From positions 12,155-76,154 of the forward strand of contig CAVPJD010000020.1 in the NCBI GenBank assembly GCA_963705165.1: a DNA stretch of 64,000 nucleotides. Direction: 5' to 3'. The notes beneath the pieces are model-generated. The model ran no database searches and was not told the DNA's origin. It was given only the letters and a program-made list of their open reading frames with translations. This DNA comes from an uncultured delta proteobacterium (GTDB taxonomy: Bacteria; Desulfobacterota; Syntrophia; Syntrophales; UBA2192). The position numbers and the translations under genes were made by a program. This document shows, in pieces, positions 50,033 to 59,742 of the stretch; position 1 is the stretch's first letter; each line of letters starts with the position of its first letter.

Positions 50033-51685
50033 ATGAACACCTTCAAACAGGCCGCCGTCAAGATATACAACGACGCCAAAAAAGAGAAGCGCCTGACCGA
50101 GGGCCGCACCCTCGATGAGCTCAAGCGCATCGCCCTGCGCCACGAGGGCGTGATCCAGACGCAGGCCGGCTCCGTGGCGGCGGACTCGGAGCCCATGAAC
50201 CGCTGCGCCCCCCACACCCGCAACAGCGTCGACCACCCCTTCGGCGAGCCCGAGGACAACCTCGCCCGGCAGGCCGTGGAGCGCCTCTCGAAGGAAAAAA
50301 TCGTCTGCCTCGACACGATGGTGGGCGACGGCCGCGACGGGGTCACGGCGCGCTTCATCATGCCCGAGCAGTACGCCCAGATCGCCTACGGCCTGAAACT
50401 TCTCATGGATTACCCCGCAGCAAGGGTCGTCGAGGAGCCCACCTACACGATCATTTTCTTCACCGACGAAGCTTTCGAGCCGAACAAAAAAAAGAAGCTC
50501 CTGGACAAAGACGTCGCCGTGCGCCTCTGGATGGGCGAGAAGCGGGGCGAGCAGGTCAAGATCTGCCGCAACACCGTCTACCTCGGCGAGGGGAAGAAGG
50601 GCGTCTTCATGTTCGAGGACTGGCGCGTGAAGGCCATCGACAAGACCGGGATCTTCCTCCATGCCGGCGCCCGGAGGGACTGGCTCTGGATCCATGATCT
50701 CGAGACGGACAGGCCCGAGCTGACGGAAGTCGTCACGGCCATCTCGGGGCTCACGGCCACAGGGAAAACGACGACGCTGTGCCGCCGCCTTGCCCGCCTG
50801 CCGCGGGAGAGCTCCGAAATGATCGGCGACGACGGCGGGACCTTCGCCTTCGACGGCGGCTATGCCGCTTTCGAGATCGGCGGGCTCTATGTGAAAACAG
50901 AAGGCCTTGACCAGAGCCAGCCCGAGATCCTCCGGGCGGCCGAGTCGAGGGACGCCTTCCTGGAAAACGTGGCCGTCACCCGATACCCCTACGTGCCGGA
51001 CTTCATGGATACCCGCAAGACCGGAAACGGCCGCGCCATCGTGACACGGGAGAAGCTGGAGATCGCAAGCCCAGGGCTTCGCGCCGACCGGCTCCACTAC
51101 ATCGTCATGCTCACGCGTAACCCGCTGGCCAACGTGATCAGCAAGCTCACGCCCGAACAGGCCACCATGCAGTTCATCTATGGAGAGTCCATCGAGAGCT
51201 CGGGAGGCAACCCCGAGGAGGCGGGCAGGTTCAAGCGCGAGTTCTTCCTCGACCCCTTTGTGGCGGGAGATCGGCTCGAGCACGCCATGATCTTCTATGA
51301 GATCCTCCGAAAGAGCCGAATCAAGTGCTACCTCGCTAACACGGGCACCATCGGCCAGGACGATCTGAAGGTGGCTCTTCGGCAGTCGCTTGCGACCTAT
51401 AACGATTTGCTGCGCTACCAGCTCCGTTTCAGCTACGAGCCCGACTACCTGGGGCTGCACTACCCGATCAAGTGCGACCGGGCAAACCTCGATCTCATGA
51501 TCGCCCACCGGCTCTTCCCCGACAAGGAGCTGCTGAAGAAGAAGCTCACCGATTTCTTCCGCGGCCGCGAGCATTTCCTGGAGGCCTTCGAGGGCAAATA
51601 CGGGAAGATCCCCGAGGCGATCCGCGAATCCGTCCCCTACCGCTACCGCGACATCAACGACAGCGAGAGGATCATGGCGGAGTAA
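50033..51685 (+). CDS. pckA: Phosphoenolpyruvate carboxykinase (ATP), divergent type
   Basis: Motifs YLGEGKKG, LHAG, GLTATGKTTL, IGDD, FE.GG.Y.KT, LENV and NGR. Confidence 0.8.
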   Translation: MNTFKQAAVKIYNDAKKEKRLTEGRTLDELKRIALRHEGVIQTQAGSVAADSEPMNRCAPHTRNSVDHPFGEPEDNLARQAVERLSKEKIVCLDTMVGDGRDGVTARFIMPEQYAQIAYGLKLLMDYPAARVVEEPTYTIIFFTDEAFEPNKKKKLLDKDVAVRLWMGEKRGEQVKICRNTVYLGEGKKGVFMFEDWRVKAIDKTGIFLHAGARRDWLWIHDLETDRPELTEVVTAISGLTATGKTTTLCRRLARLPRESSEMIGDDGGTFAFDGGYAAFEIGGLYVKTEGLDQSQPEILRAAESRDAFLENVAVTRYPYVPDFMDTRKTGNGRAIVTREKLEIASPGLRADRLHYIVMLTRNPLANVISKLTPEQATMQFIYGESIESSGGNPEEAGRFKREFFLDPFVAGDRLEHAMIFYEILRKSRIKCYLANTGTIGQDDLKVALRQSLATYNDLLRYQLRFSYEPDYLGLHYPIKCDRANLDLMIAHRLFPDKELLKKKLTDFFRGREHFLEAFEGKYGKIPEAIRESVPYRYRDINDSERIMAE

Positions 51686-51738
51686 CGAAGGGAAGGTTCG
51701 AGGAGCGAGGAAGAAAAACAAGCATCAAAAGGAGCTGC

Positions 51739-52167
51739 ATGATGCCCGCAGAAACAATGCAGTCCAGCAGAGAGATGCGGGGCAAACGCAAGCCTTCGAT
51801 GCTGATTCTAGGCAGCTTCGAAAAGCTGAAGCAGGATCTGATCCCCGCGCTTTTCCGCATCGCGAGCGATCATGAGATCGGTGATATCGACATCATCCAT
51901 TCGCCGGAGGCTGTCGAGCTGAAGCGGCTCAGGGGATACACCCTGATCTTTGTGGCTTTCGAGATTTACAGGGACAATGAGTCCTTCTTTCGCATGCTGC
52001 CGGAATCCATCCAGGATCGGATCACCATCCTGTCAAGACCCGCAGACTTCCCATCCGTAGCCCCGGAGATCAGATGCGCGTGCTACTGCTCTGAATTGAA
52101 GGCTCTTCTGCCCAGGGAAGAGGCGCAACTCTTCGACCACCACACTGAGCCCGCTAAGCCCCGATAG
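51739..52167 (+). CDS. Hypothetical protein
   Basis: AAGGAG SD; 142-aa ORF with plausible composition. Confidence 0.6.
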   Translation: MMPAETMQSSREMRGKRKPSMLILGSFEKLKQDLIPALFRIASDHEIGDIDIIHSPEAVELKRLRGYTLIFVAFEIYRDNESFFRMLPESIQDRITILSRPADFPSVAPEIRCACYCSELKALLPREEAQLFDHHTEPAKPR

Positions 52168-52312
52168 CGTAAAGTATGAGCCTGAGCCCGTTACTGATTC
52201 TCATTCAAATTCAAATCTGCCAATGTGAGGGGCGTCCCTGCTTCCCTTCAAATTCGCAGTGGAAAAGATCAAAAACTACAACTGTTTCAGATTCTATAAA
52301 GGAGGGAGCCTA

Positions 52313-52606
52313 ATGCCGATATTCATGATGTTCGGGAAATATAACCAGGATTCCATAAAAGGTGTGTCCCCGGAACGGACAAAGAAGGCGGTCGAAATCA
52401 TCGGGCAAAACGGTGGCAAGGTTATATCCATGTTCGCCGTTGTAGGTGAGCATGATCTGGTCTTTACTTTGGATTTCCCCACGACTGAGAAAGCCCTGGC
52501 GGCATCGATCGCGCTACACATGCTGACGGGTATTTCCTTTACTACCTCGCCAGTGGTCGATGTCGAACAATTCGATCGCATGATTTCCGAGATTAAAAAC
52601 ATGTAG
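52313..52606 (+). CDS. GYD domain protein
   Basis: Motifs GKY, GG.V, and GEHD at the GYD position; GGAGG SD. Confidence 0.85.
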   Translation: MPIFMMFGKYNQDSIKGVSPERTKKAVEIIGQNGGKVISMFAVVGEHDLVFTLDFPTTEKALAASIALHMLTGISFTTSPVVDVEQFDRMISEIKNM

Positions 52607-52687
52607 CATACTCTTAATCTGCATGAAGGGAATGGGCTCCTGCAGAGAGGTGGGGACCAGGCTGACCCCATTTCTTCGCCCGGGACA

Positions 52688-53452
52688 TCAGAAGGTTGCG
52701 GAGACAAGCTCGAAGACAAAGCTGCCGACCGCAAGGCGGGTCTGGATCTTCACGGGGAGATGACGTTCGTCGGTCGTAAACCAGATTTTGAGCGACGGCC
52801 CGCCGCTGTCGCTCACGATGCCTTCCAGGCGGCTCATATCGGGGATGACCAGCAGGGTATCATAGACGTCGTGGTGGATCGTCACCGTCTCCCGGCTGGC
52901 CACGATCGCCCTGGTATTGATAACACGGTTCCCGTCCGTGACCGGGATTTCTAGAACATCGCCGGGAATGAGCCGGTACATCCGGATGGCAAAGATGAGG
53001 GACAGGGGATCAAAAGTGCCGGGCTGAATAGTAACAGGCTTCTCGGGCTGGCCGAAATTTGTGTACGTGGCCGTCCCATGGGTCCAGTCAAATGAAACGA
53101 CCGCGTCCCGTGGGTATTCCCCCGTGCTTTTTTTCCGGTATTGGAGTGAGCGGGTCACCTTGAGATCGGTAAAAGAATCCTGCCGCTCGCGTATCTTGTA
53201 AAAAAAATCGACCTGGGAATTCGTGCTGGTCGTCATGACGAAGTGACGAGCCGGCTGGCCGTTGACAGAAGCATCCGGCAACACCTCGATCACTGCCTCC
53301 CCTGCCGGGAGAAAAAACCATTTTGCCCTGTAAACCAGCCGTTCCCCCGGCTCGAAGATATACATCCTGTCGGCTGCCACGCTCTCGCCCGCAGCAGCCA
53401 GGACCATTAGCCAGACGATGAGGGTGACCGGTATGGAATGTTTTTTGAGCAT
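52688..53452 (-). CDS. DUF3108 domain exported protein
   Basis: Signal peptide; motifs GERLVY, FDPLS and IWFTTDERHLPVKI. Confidence 0.85.
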   Translation of the reverse strand: MLKKHSIPVTLIVWLMVLAAAGESVAADRMYIFEPGERLVYRAKWFFLPAGEAVIEVLPDASVNGQPARHFVMTTSTNSQVDFFYKIRERQDSFTDLKVTRSLQYRKKSTGEYPRDAVVSFDWTHGTATYTNFGQPEKPVTIQPGTFDPLSLIFAIRMYRLIPGDVLEIPVTDGNRVINTRAIVASRETVTIHHDVYDTLLVIPDMSRLEGIVSDSGGPSLKIWFTTDERHLPVKIQTRLAVGSFVFELVSATF

Positions 53453-53613
53453 GAATCCCCTGTATCCTCAGCGATCCGGAAACGTCACCGCTGGAGGGTT
53501 GATCAGGTATTTCGCGAGCCTGATATCAGCTTTGCAGTAAGGGTTCAACTCCAGGGAAAAAATAGGGGACGCCCCTCACATTGGCAGATTTGGCTTTGAA
53601 TGAGAATTAGATA

Positions 53614-53973
53614 TTATCCGTACGACAACCCCAGCCTGGACGATAATTCCTGTAGCTTTTTGTCGAAAGTCCATAGTGGCGCTTGTGTCAGAACGGCCGC
53701 GACAAGAAGATGGGCATCGACATAGCCCAGCCCTTTTCCCATCAGGGAGTGCTTTTCGATGAAGTGCATCACTTCTTCATGCTCCGCATGCACTGCCGCA
53801 GGGAGAGCCTGCAGCAACGAGAGAATCTCGATCCTGTTTTTTAGATTGCCGCAGGCAAGTTCCCCAATGACGAAGGGGTGACAAAGAACATGACCCTCAT
53901 TCAATAACGCATCCAGGCCGACGGCCCCTTCCCGCAGATGCGCCACCCACACCGATGTGTCCACCAGCACCAT
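53614..53973 (-). CDS. vapC: VapC PIN-domain toxin
   Basis: Motifs VLVDTSVW, GELACG, VDAHLL and LWTFDKKL. Confidence 0.93.
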   Translation of the reverse strand: MVLVDTSVWVAHLREGAVGLDALLNEGHVLCHPFVIGELACGNLKNRIEILSLLQALPAAVHAEHEEVMHFIEKHSLMGKGLGYVDAHLLVAAVLTQAPLWTFDKKLQELSSRLGLSYG

Positions 53974-53974
53974 G

Positions 53975-54172
53975 TCAATTGTTCCTGGCTCTGCGTCTGG
54001 GTATCGTCTCGAGCTTCTTTTCGGTCCCCCCCAGCCTTGCCAACCGCTTGCCGCTTTCCCGTGCAATCAAGGTCTCCAGTCCAAGCTTCACCAGGGACGT
54101 TTTCTCCCTGATGCCGGTCAGTTCCGCCGCCCTGCGGATCAGCTCGTCTTCGATGTTGATCGTCGTTCTCAC
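53975..54172 (-). CDS. vapB: VapB antitoxin (ribbon-helix-helix)
   Basis: GTG start with GAGGT SD; RTTINIEDELI..GIREKT..LARLGG; 1 nt before vapC. Confidence 0.92.
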   Translation of the reverse strand: MRTTINIEDELIRRAAELTGIREKTSLVKLGLETLIARESGKRLARLGGTEKKLETIPRRRARNN

Positions 54173-54203
54173 GGGATTCACCTCTCCAGTACATACTTTA
54201 TGC

Positions 54204-54239
54204 ATGCATCAGTATGCATAATATATGTGCACCTGTCAA
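54204..54239 (-). promoter_or_regulatory. vapBC promoter with overlapping palindromic operator
   Basis: Minus strand TTGACA - 17 bp - CATACT; ATGCAT-N4-ATGCAT palindrome over the -10. Confidence 0.7.
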
Positions 54240-54312
54240 GGCCATTGGGGTGTTTCTTCGGGTCGTGTCTTGTATTTCATCATTTCCATCCTCTCCCGGA
54301 AAACCAAAATAC

Positions 54313-54342
54313 AAAACCCCGCTCTCTTCCGAGACGCGGGGC
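54313..54342 (-). terminator. Orphan intrinsic terminator
   Basis: Minus strand CCCCGCGTCTC-GGAA-GAGAGCGGGG-TTTT, with no intact upstream gene. Confidence 0.6.
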
Positions 54343-54708
54343 CTGTCGACTCATGGCGCTCTCCCTTTTGAGGGTTGGGCGGTTCTGTTCGGGTTATGCC
54401 TGCTTCACTTCATCCGCTGCATTTGTAAACGGATAATGCATCTAATTCAGGAGAATTCTTGTTGCTCCTGATCCGGAGCGGATTGCCCGAAGGGTCACGC
54501 TTTAAAGTGAGGAGGTGCGATTTGAAGAATTTCGGTTGAAGTGAATTACCCCGACTACAAGGCAGAACAGCTGATCGGCGTCAGTGTCGGTTGAAATATC
54601 TCCGGATGATGTGTATTATTACGCAATTCATGGACTTGTAGCGGGAGCAGGGAAGTTCATTCTGCTTGTGAGTAATCCCTTGGGCTGCCCTGGGCACGGA
54701 ATCTGACA

Positions 54709-55293
54709 ATGATGATACCTCTCTGGATCAAGATCGCTTATACGCTTTTTGTTGCTGTTACCGTGGTGGTCTATTCCGTTAAGTATAGTCTCGGGAACTT
54801 TCTCTGGTTCTCGGACATTGCTTTGTTGACCTCGGTACCCGCGCTCTGGCTCGAAAGCAGCCTGCTGGCAAGTGTGATAGCGGTTGGCATCGTTCTTCCG
54901 GAAGTGCTCTGGAATGTGAGCTTTTTTGGACAGCTCCTGACGGGCAGGCGGATCACGGGGCTGACGGATTACATGTTCGATCCGCACAAACCGCTGTACC
55001 TCAGAGCTCTATCCTTGTTCCACGTGTTTCTGCCTGTCATGCTTCTCTGGATGATCCATGTATTGGGTTATGCGCCAGCCGCCTGGATTGCGCAGACGGC
55101 TCTTACCTGGGTTGTGCTTCCGCTGACCTATTTATTCACGAATCCTGAAGAGAACGTGAACTGGGTGTTCGGGCCGGGCGCGAAACCGCAGAAGCGGATA
55201 TCGCCCCTAATCTATCTCGGTCTTTTACTGATCGGGTTTCCGCTGCTTGTCTATCTGCCTACGCATTTACTGCTGCAAATGCTATTCAACTGA
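54709..55293 (+). CDS. Integral membrane protein of unknown function
   Basis: About six TM segments; motifs WFSD, LSLFH and ENVNWVFG. Confidence 0.8.
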   Translation: MMIPLWIKIAYTLFVAVTVVVYSVKYSLGNFLWFSDIALLTSVPALWLESSLLASVIAVGIVLPEVLWNVSFFGQLLTGRRITGLTDYMFDPHKPLYLRALSLFHVFLPVMLLWMIHVLGYAPAAWIAQTALTWVVLPLTYLFTNPEENVNWVFGPGAKPQKRISPLIYLGLLLIGFPLLVYLPTHLLLQMLFN

Positions 55294-55357
55294 GAGATGG
55301 GAAAGAAAGCTGCGGAGTTCTATGAGATTTGCTGGCGCTGGTGGGTACCCGCTTGTT

Positions 55358-57184
55358 TCAAGGCAGATTCGGTCGCTCTGTGTTTTTGTGAATCCGGCAG
55401 AACTGCCTGATGATGTCCAGGACGATGTCTCCGTATTTCTCCAGTTTTGCAGCCCCTATGCCGTGGATCCGGGAAAGACCGTCCCTGGTTTGCGGCAGAT
55501 GGGTCGCCATTTCCTTCAAGGTACGGTCATGGAATACCGTATAGGGCGGGATGTTCATCCGGTCTGCGATCTCTTTGCGTTTTTTCCGCAGGAGTTCAAA
55601 AAGGCCGGGGTCATATTGACCGGGAACTTCAGCCCTGGAATGGAGATCTGCACCCTCCTTCTCCAAAAGCCCCGAGACGGTTTCCTCTCCTCTCAAAACC
55701 TCCCATGCCTTCCGGGTCAGTTTCAGGGCCCCGTGCTCCAGATCCTGAATCATCAAGCCTTTGCGAATGAACTGACGGGCAAGGTGGCGCCATTGCTTTG
55801 CTGAATGTGCCTTTCCTATGCCATGGGTGGATAACCGATCATGTTCATGTTGCAGAACCTTGATCGATTTTGAACCCCGCAAAATGTCGACCACATGACT
55901 GGTGCCGAAGCACTCCCCGGTTCGTTTGACACAGGAAAGAAACATCTGCGCAGGAATCGTGATATCGCATAGGTTCTTGTTCTCGATCTTGCAATTGTCG
56001 CACATCCCGCACGCAGCCTGATCGGACTTTTCGCCAAAATATTCCAGCAGGGGGACGCGCCGGCAAAGCTCCGTCTCGGCGTAACCCAGGATGGTGCTCA
56101 GAAGAATATTGGCTATCACTTGTTCATGCCCGGTTTTTTGCTGGATAAAGTACCGGACATTTCGTATGTCGCCATAACCGAACAGCATCAGGCAATGGGC
56201 AGGCAAACCATCGCGCCCGGCTCGCCCTATCTCCTGGTAGTAGGTTTCCAGGCTTTTGGGCAGGTCATGATGGATGACGAAGCGGACATTGGGTTTGTTG
56301 ATCCCCATGCCGAAGGCAATCGTCGCCACAATGATCTGGATGTCATCTTTGACAAAGAGGTTCTGATTTTCCGTGCGCACCTCGTCGGAGAGGCCTGCAT
56401 GGTAAGGCCTTACGGAATAACCCTTTTCATGGAGAAATTCATAGAGATGGTCCGTCTGCTTGCGCGAAAAGCAATAGATGATTCCCGATTCGTTCCGGTA
56501 GGATTTCATAAACTCAGTGATTTGCTCAAGAGGGGCGACTTTGGGTTCCACTTCCAGGAAGAGATTCGGACGATTGAAACTGCCAATGAATTCATCGGTC
56601 TCGCCGATATGCAGAGACTTTTTGATATCATCGCGCACCCGCCGGGTTGCGGTGGCGGTCAGGGCGACACAAACGGCGTCATTGAAGATAGATCGCAACC
56701 CGCCCAGCTGACGGTATTCGGGGCGGAAATCATGGCCCCACTCTGAAATACAATGTGCTTCGTCAATGGCGATGCAATCGACTTTCATTGTCGAAAGCAG
56801 GTCAAGGGTCCTGGGGCTCAACAGGGCTTCCGGAGAAAGATAAAGCAGTTTTACCTTGTTCGCTTTGAGCTTTTCGACATGGCGACGATACTCATCGGGT
56901 TTCAAGGTACTGTTCAGATACACAGCCGCAACACCGCATTCCTGCAGCTCGTCTACTTGATTTTTCATCAGCGAGATCAAGGGAGAGATGACAATCGACA
57001 ATCCCCCGCAGATCAGGGCCGGGATTTGATAGCAAAGAGACTTGCCTCCTCCCGTCGGTAAAACGACAAGGGCATTTTTCTTTTCCAGAAGATGGGCGAT
57101 GATGGCCTCCTGAAGGGGCCAGAAGTCATCGTAGCCAAACACGTTTTTAAGAATGGATTTCGCCTCGGCAATCCCATCACTCAT
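55358..57184 (-). CDS. recQ: DNA helicase RecQ
   Basis: Motifs TGGGKSLCYQ, DEAHCISEWGHDFRP and QEIGRAGRDG; Zn site CRR..CGMCDNC; HRDC domain. Confidence 0.97.
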   Translation of the reverse strand: MSDGIAEAKSILKNVFGYDDFWPLQEAIIAHLLEKKNALVVLPTGGGKSLCYQIPALICGGLSIVISPLISLMKNQVDELQECGVAAVYLNSTLKPDEYRRHVEKLKANKVKLLYLSPEALLSPRTLDLLSTMKVDCIAIDEAHCISEWGHDFRPEYRQLGGLRSIFNDAVCVALTATATRRVRDDIKKSLHIGETDEFIGSFNRPNLFLEVEPKVAPLEQITEFMKSYRNESGIIYCFSRKQTDHLYEFLHEKGYSVRPYHAGLSDEVRTENQNLFVKDDIQIIVATIAFGMGINKPNVRFVIHHDLPKSLETYYQEIGRAGRDGLPAHCLMLFGYGDIRNVRYFIQQKTGHEQVIANILLSTILGYAETELCRRVPLLEYFGEKSDQAACGMCDNCKIENKNLCDITIPAQMFLSCVKRTGECFGTSHVVDILRGSKSIKVLQHEHDRLSTHGIGKAHSAKQWRHLARQFIRKGLMIQDLEHGALKLTRKAWEVLRGEETVSGLLEKEGADLHSRAEVPGQYDPGLFELLRKKRKEIADRMNIPPYTVFHDRTLKEMATHLPQTRDGLSRIHGIGAAKLEKYGDIVLDIIRQFCRIHKNTERPNLP

Positions 57185-57427
57185 TATGCCCTCCGGGCGT
57201 CTGCGTTTGGAATGGCCCGTCATCGATGTGGTTCGTCGTTCTCATGAGATCGCTGCTCCATGACACCTTTTATGGACGCATGAATATGCATGGAAAACAT
57301 GCCAATGTCGAGGCCATTGTAAAATGATGATTGATTTCGCCGCGCTTTGGCGATAAAAGCTCTTTTCCATATCATGACAGGGTCTCAACCGATGGATCGG
57401 CTGAAAAAGATAGCCCGTTATCTGTAG

Positions 57428-57757
57428 ACGATCCTGGGTGCATTTCGCGAGACCAACGATTCGCTGACCGGGTCGCAGAAAAAGATCGAGGAAGTCGCGC
57501 TGCAAAACAAGCGTGTGGAAGCCCTGCGAGAGTTCGCCCGGCTGTCGAATCTGAGGGTTGATAAGGGTGTAGTAGGTTATCTCGAGGTGCTGGTAGCCGA
57601 GAACGAGTTGTTCGCGGCCGAGCTGGCGGTGGTACTGATCGCTGCCCTCTACGCGCAGCTCATCAACGTGTACCAGGCCATGGGTGGCGGTTGGGTCGAT
57701 ATCGCCGGGTCGATCGCGCCCGAGCCGCAGGGCGCGGTGACAGTGCGAGCGCCATAG
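57428..57757 (+). pseudogene. 3' fragment of an RND efflux outer-membrane (NodT/OprM-type) gene
   Basis: ILGAFRETNDSL..YLEVL.AE..L..AEL..VYQAMGGGW; an in-frame TAG lies just upstream and there is no N-terminal part. Confidence 0.8.
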
Positions 57758-57794
57758 CATCAGAGCCAAAGCATCAAAAGGAGGAGCATTGAAA

Positions 57795-59147
57795 GTGTCC
57801 AATGCGATTCGTTGCGAAAATCTTGTGCGCCTGCGTCCACGCCGCTGGCCCGGCTTGTGTGCGGTGGTCGTCGCTATGAGCCTGGTCTTTGCGAATTCGG
57901 CGTTTGCCGCCGAACCCGATCTCGCCCGCGCCGAGCAACTCCTGCGCGATGGCAGCTATCAGGAGGCATACGATCTGCTCGCGCCCTTCGAAGCGGCCGG
58001 CAAGGGCGACGCCGCATTCAACGCGCTGCTCGGCCGGGCCGCGCTGAAGACAAGCCGCGCGGACAAGGCGCTGACGTTTTTCGAGCGGAGCCTCGCGGCG
58101 GCCCCGAATTCGGTCGACGCACACCTGGGCCTGGGCCGCGCCTATCTCGCCCTCGGTAACTATGCACGCGCCAAGATCGAGTTCGAGACCGTGCTGCGTT
58201 TCGACGACCTGCCGCCCGACCTGCACCGGCAGGTCGAGATCTACGCCGAGGCGGCGCAGGGCTATGCCGAGGGCAAGCGCCTGCTCGCCAATGGCTACGC
58301 GATCGTGGGCGCCGGCAACTACCGCGTGAACGCCACGTCCGGCACGAATGCTTTCGGCGGAGGCGACACCGACGACAACTTCTTCAGCGCACGTGTTGGC
58401 GGCGGGCTGAACTATGAGCTCGCTGACAGCTACGCGCTGACCGGCAGCCTGGACTATCGCTACCGGAACTACGACAACGCCGATCGAAGGAACGACTCCG
58501 ACCTGCGCTGGAACGGCGCCGTCGGCCGCACGATCGGCGAGGGCAACCTGGCCACCGGCCTGAGGGGCCGGGTGAGCTACCGGGGCAACGGCAGCTACCG
58601 CAACGACTACGGCCTCTACGGCAACTACCGCCACCGCCTCGACCCCGACAACCAGCTCACGGTGGGCGCAGAGTTCCGGCGCCGCGACTACCCGGACGGC
58701 CCGCTGCGCTCCAGAAGCCGCAACATTGCCGAGCTGACCGGCAGCTGGACGCATTCGTTGCTGGACGGCAAGGCGAGCTTCACCCTGGCTGCGTTCGGCG
58801 GGCGCGAATTCGCCACGAACGACCGCCCCGACGGCGACAACAACTTCTTCGGCCTGTCGCCGACGCTGAACTTCACCCTCACCGACAAGCTCGGCGGCTT
58901 CGTGTTCGGCTTGTGGCAGAACGACCGCTACAACATCGAACGCCTCAACGTCGGCCCCGCCGACGAGATCCTGGGCATCACCGCGCGCAACGACAACCTG
59001 TACGAGGTCGGCGGCGGCCTGACATGGCAGTTCGCGCCGAGCTGGTCGCTCAACCCGGAAATTCTCTACATCCGCGACCAGAGCAACATCCTGGCGGTCA
59101 ATTACAGCTCGACCGAAATCTGGATCACGCTGCGCAAGGATTTCTAG
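57795..59147 (+). CDS. TPR plus outer-membrane beta-barrel protein (Slam/DUF560-like)
   Basis: Signal peptide, TPR repeats (LGRAYLALG.Y..A), amphipathic strands and terminal Phe; GGAGGAG SD before the GTG. Confidence 0.75.
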   Translation: MSNAIRCENLVRLRPRRWPGLCAVVVAMSLVFANSAFAAEPDLARAEQLLRDGSYQEAYDLLAPFEAAGKGDAAFNALLGRAALKTSRADKALTFFERSLAAAPNSVDAHLGLGRAYLALGNYARAKIEFETVLRFDDLPPDLHRQVEIYAEAAQGYAEGKRLLANGYAIVGAGNYRVNATSGTNAFGGGDTDDNFFSARVGGGLNYELADSYALTGSLDYRYRNYDNADRRNDSDLRWNGAVGRTIGEGNLATGLRGRVSYRGNGSYRNDYGLYGNYRHRLDPDNQLTVGAEFRRRDYPDGPLRSRSRNIAELTGSWTHSLLDGKASFTLAAFGGREFATNDRPDGDNNFFGLSPTLNFTLTDKLGGFVFGLWQNDRYNIERLNVGPADEILGITARNDNLYEVGGGLTWQFAPSWSLNPEILYIRDQSNILAVNYSSTEIWITLRKDF

Positions 59148-59495
59148 CCGGCGCCCGTCAGCGCCAGACGGTTTGCCCGAACCGCAGGCCGCATCGAACA
59201 CGGGCTCGTAACAGCTCAGGCGGCCTGCATCCTGCCGATGGGAGTCGTTGCCGGAGCGCAGGGTCAGGGTCGTGACCTGCGCGGGGTCGGACACGGGTAA
59301 CCCTTGCGGCAGGAACCGGGGCACGATGGATCCGCCTCGGCAAGGTGGTGCAGGAGGTTGAGCCTCTCCTTTCCCCGCAATACAGACCGGGGGCCTGCGA
59401 TCGTGATGCTTTCTTTGAGGGGCCGAAGCATGAAAATTCCGGCATGCTTGAATGGGTAAAATAGTCCTCGGTTAATTTTTCCTTTTCTAATTGCA

Positions 59496-59525
59496 TTGAC
59501 AGTCGCACCCGTCGGTTGGTATGAT
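59496..59525 (+). promoter_or_regulatory. Strong sigma70 promoter upstream of arcD
   Basis: TTGACA - 18 bp - TATGAT with extended -10 TG and an AT-rich upstream tract. Confidence 0.65.
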
Positions 59526-59742
59526 AAAAAAGTAGAAAGCGGATTTATGTTTTATCGTCTCGCCAGTCCGCAAACCTGAAGCCGACGCGCCGCGCCGGCC
59601 ACGCCGAATCCGTCAAGAAGAGTCTGGGTCGTGTACTCAACCGGATCAAGGCGCAAAAGCATTTGTCGATGCCGAGCGCTGCCGCGCACGGCAACCCGCA
59701 TTCGGATTCTCAAGTCTCGGATTGAAACTTCAAGGAGACAAT

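Noticed and set aside
54394..54420. Cold-shock protein remnant (AADEVKQA*)
   Set aside because: Eight residues are too few to assign a family; kept only as a possible deletion scar.
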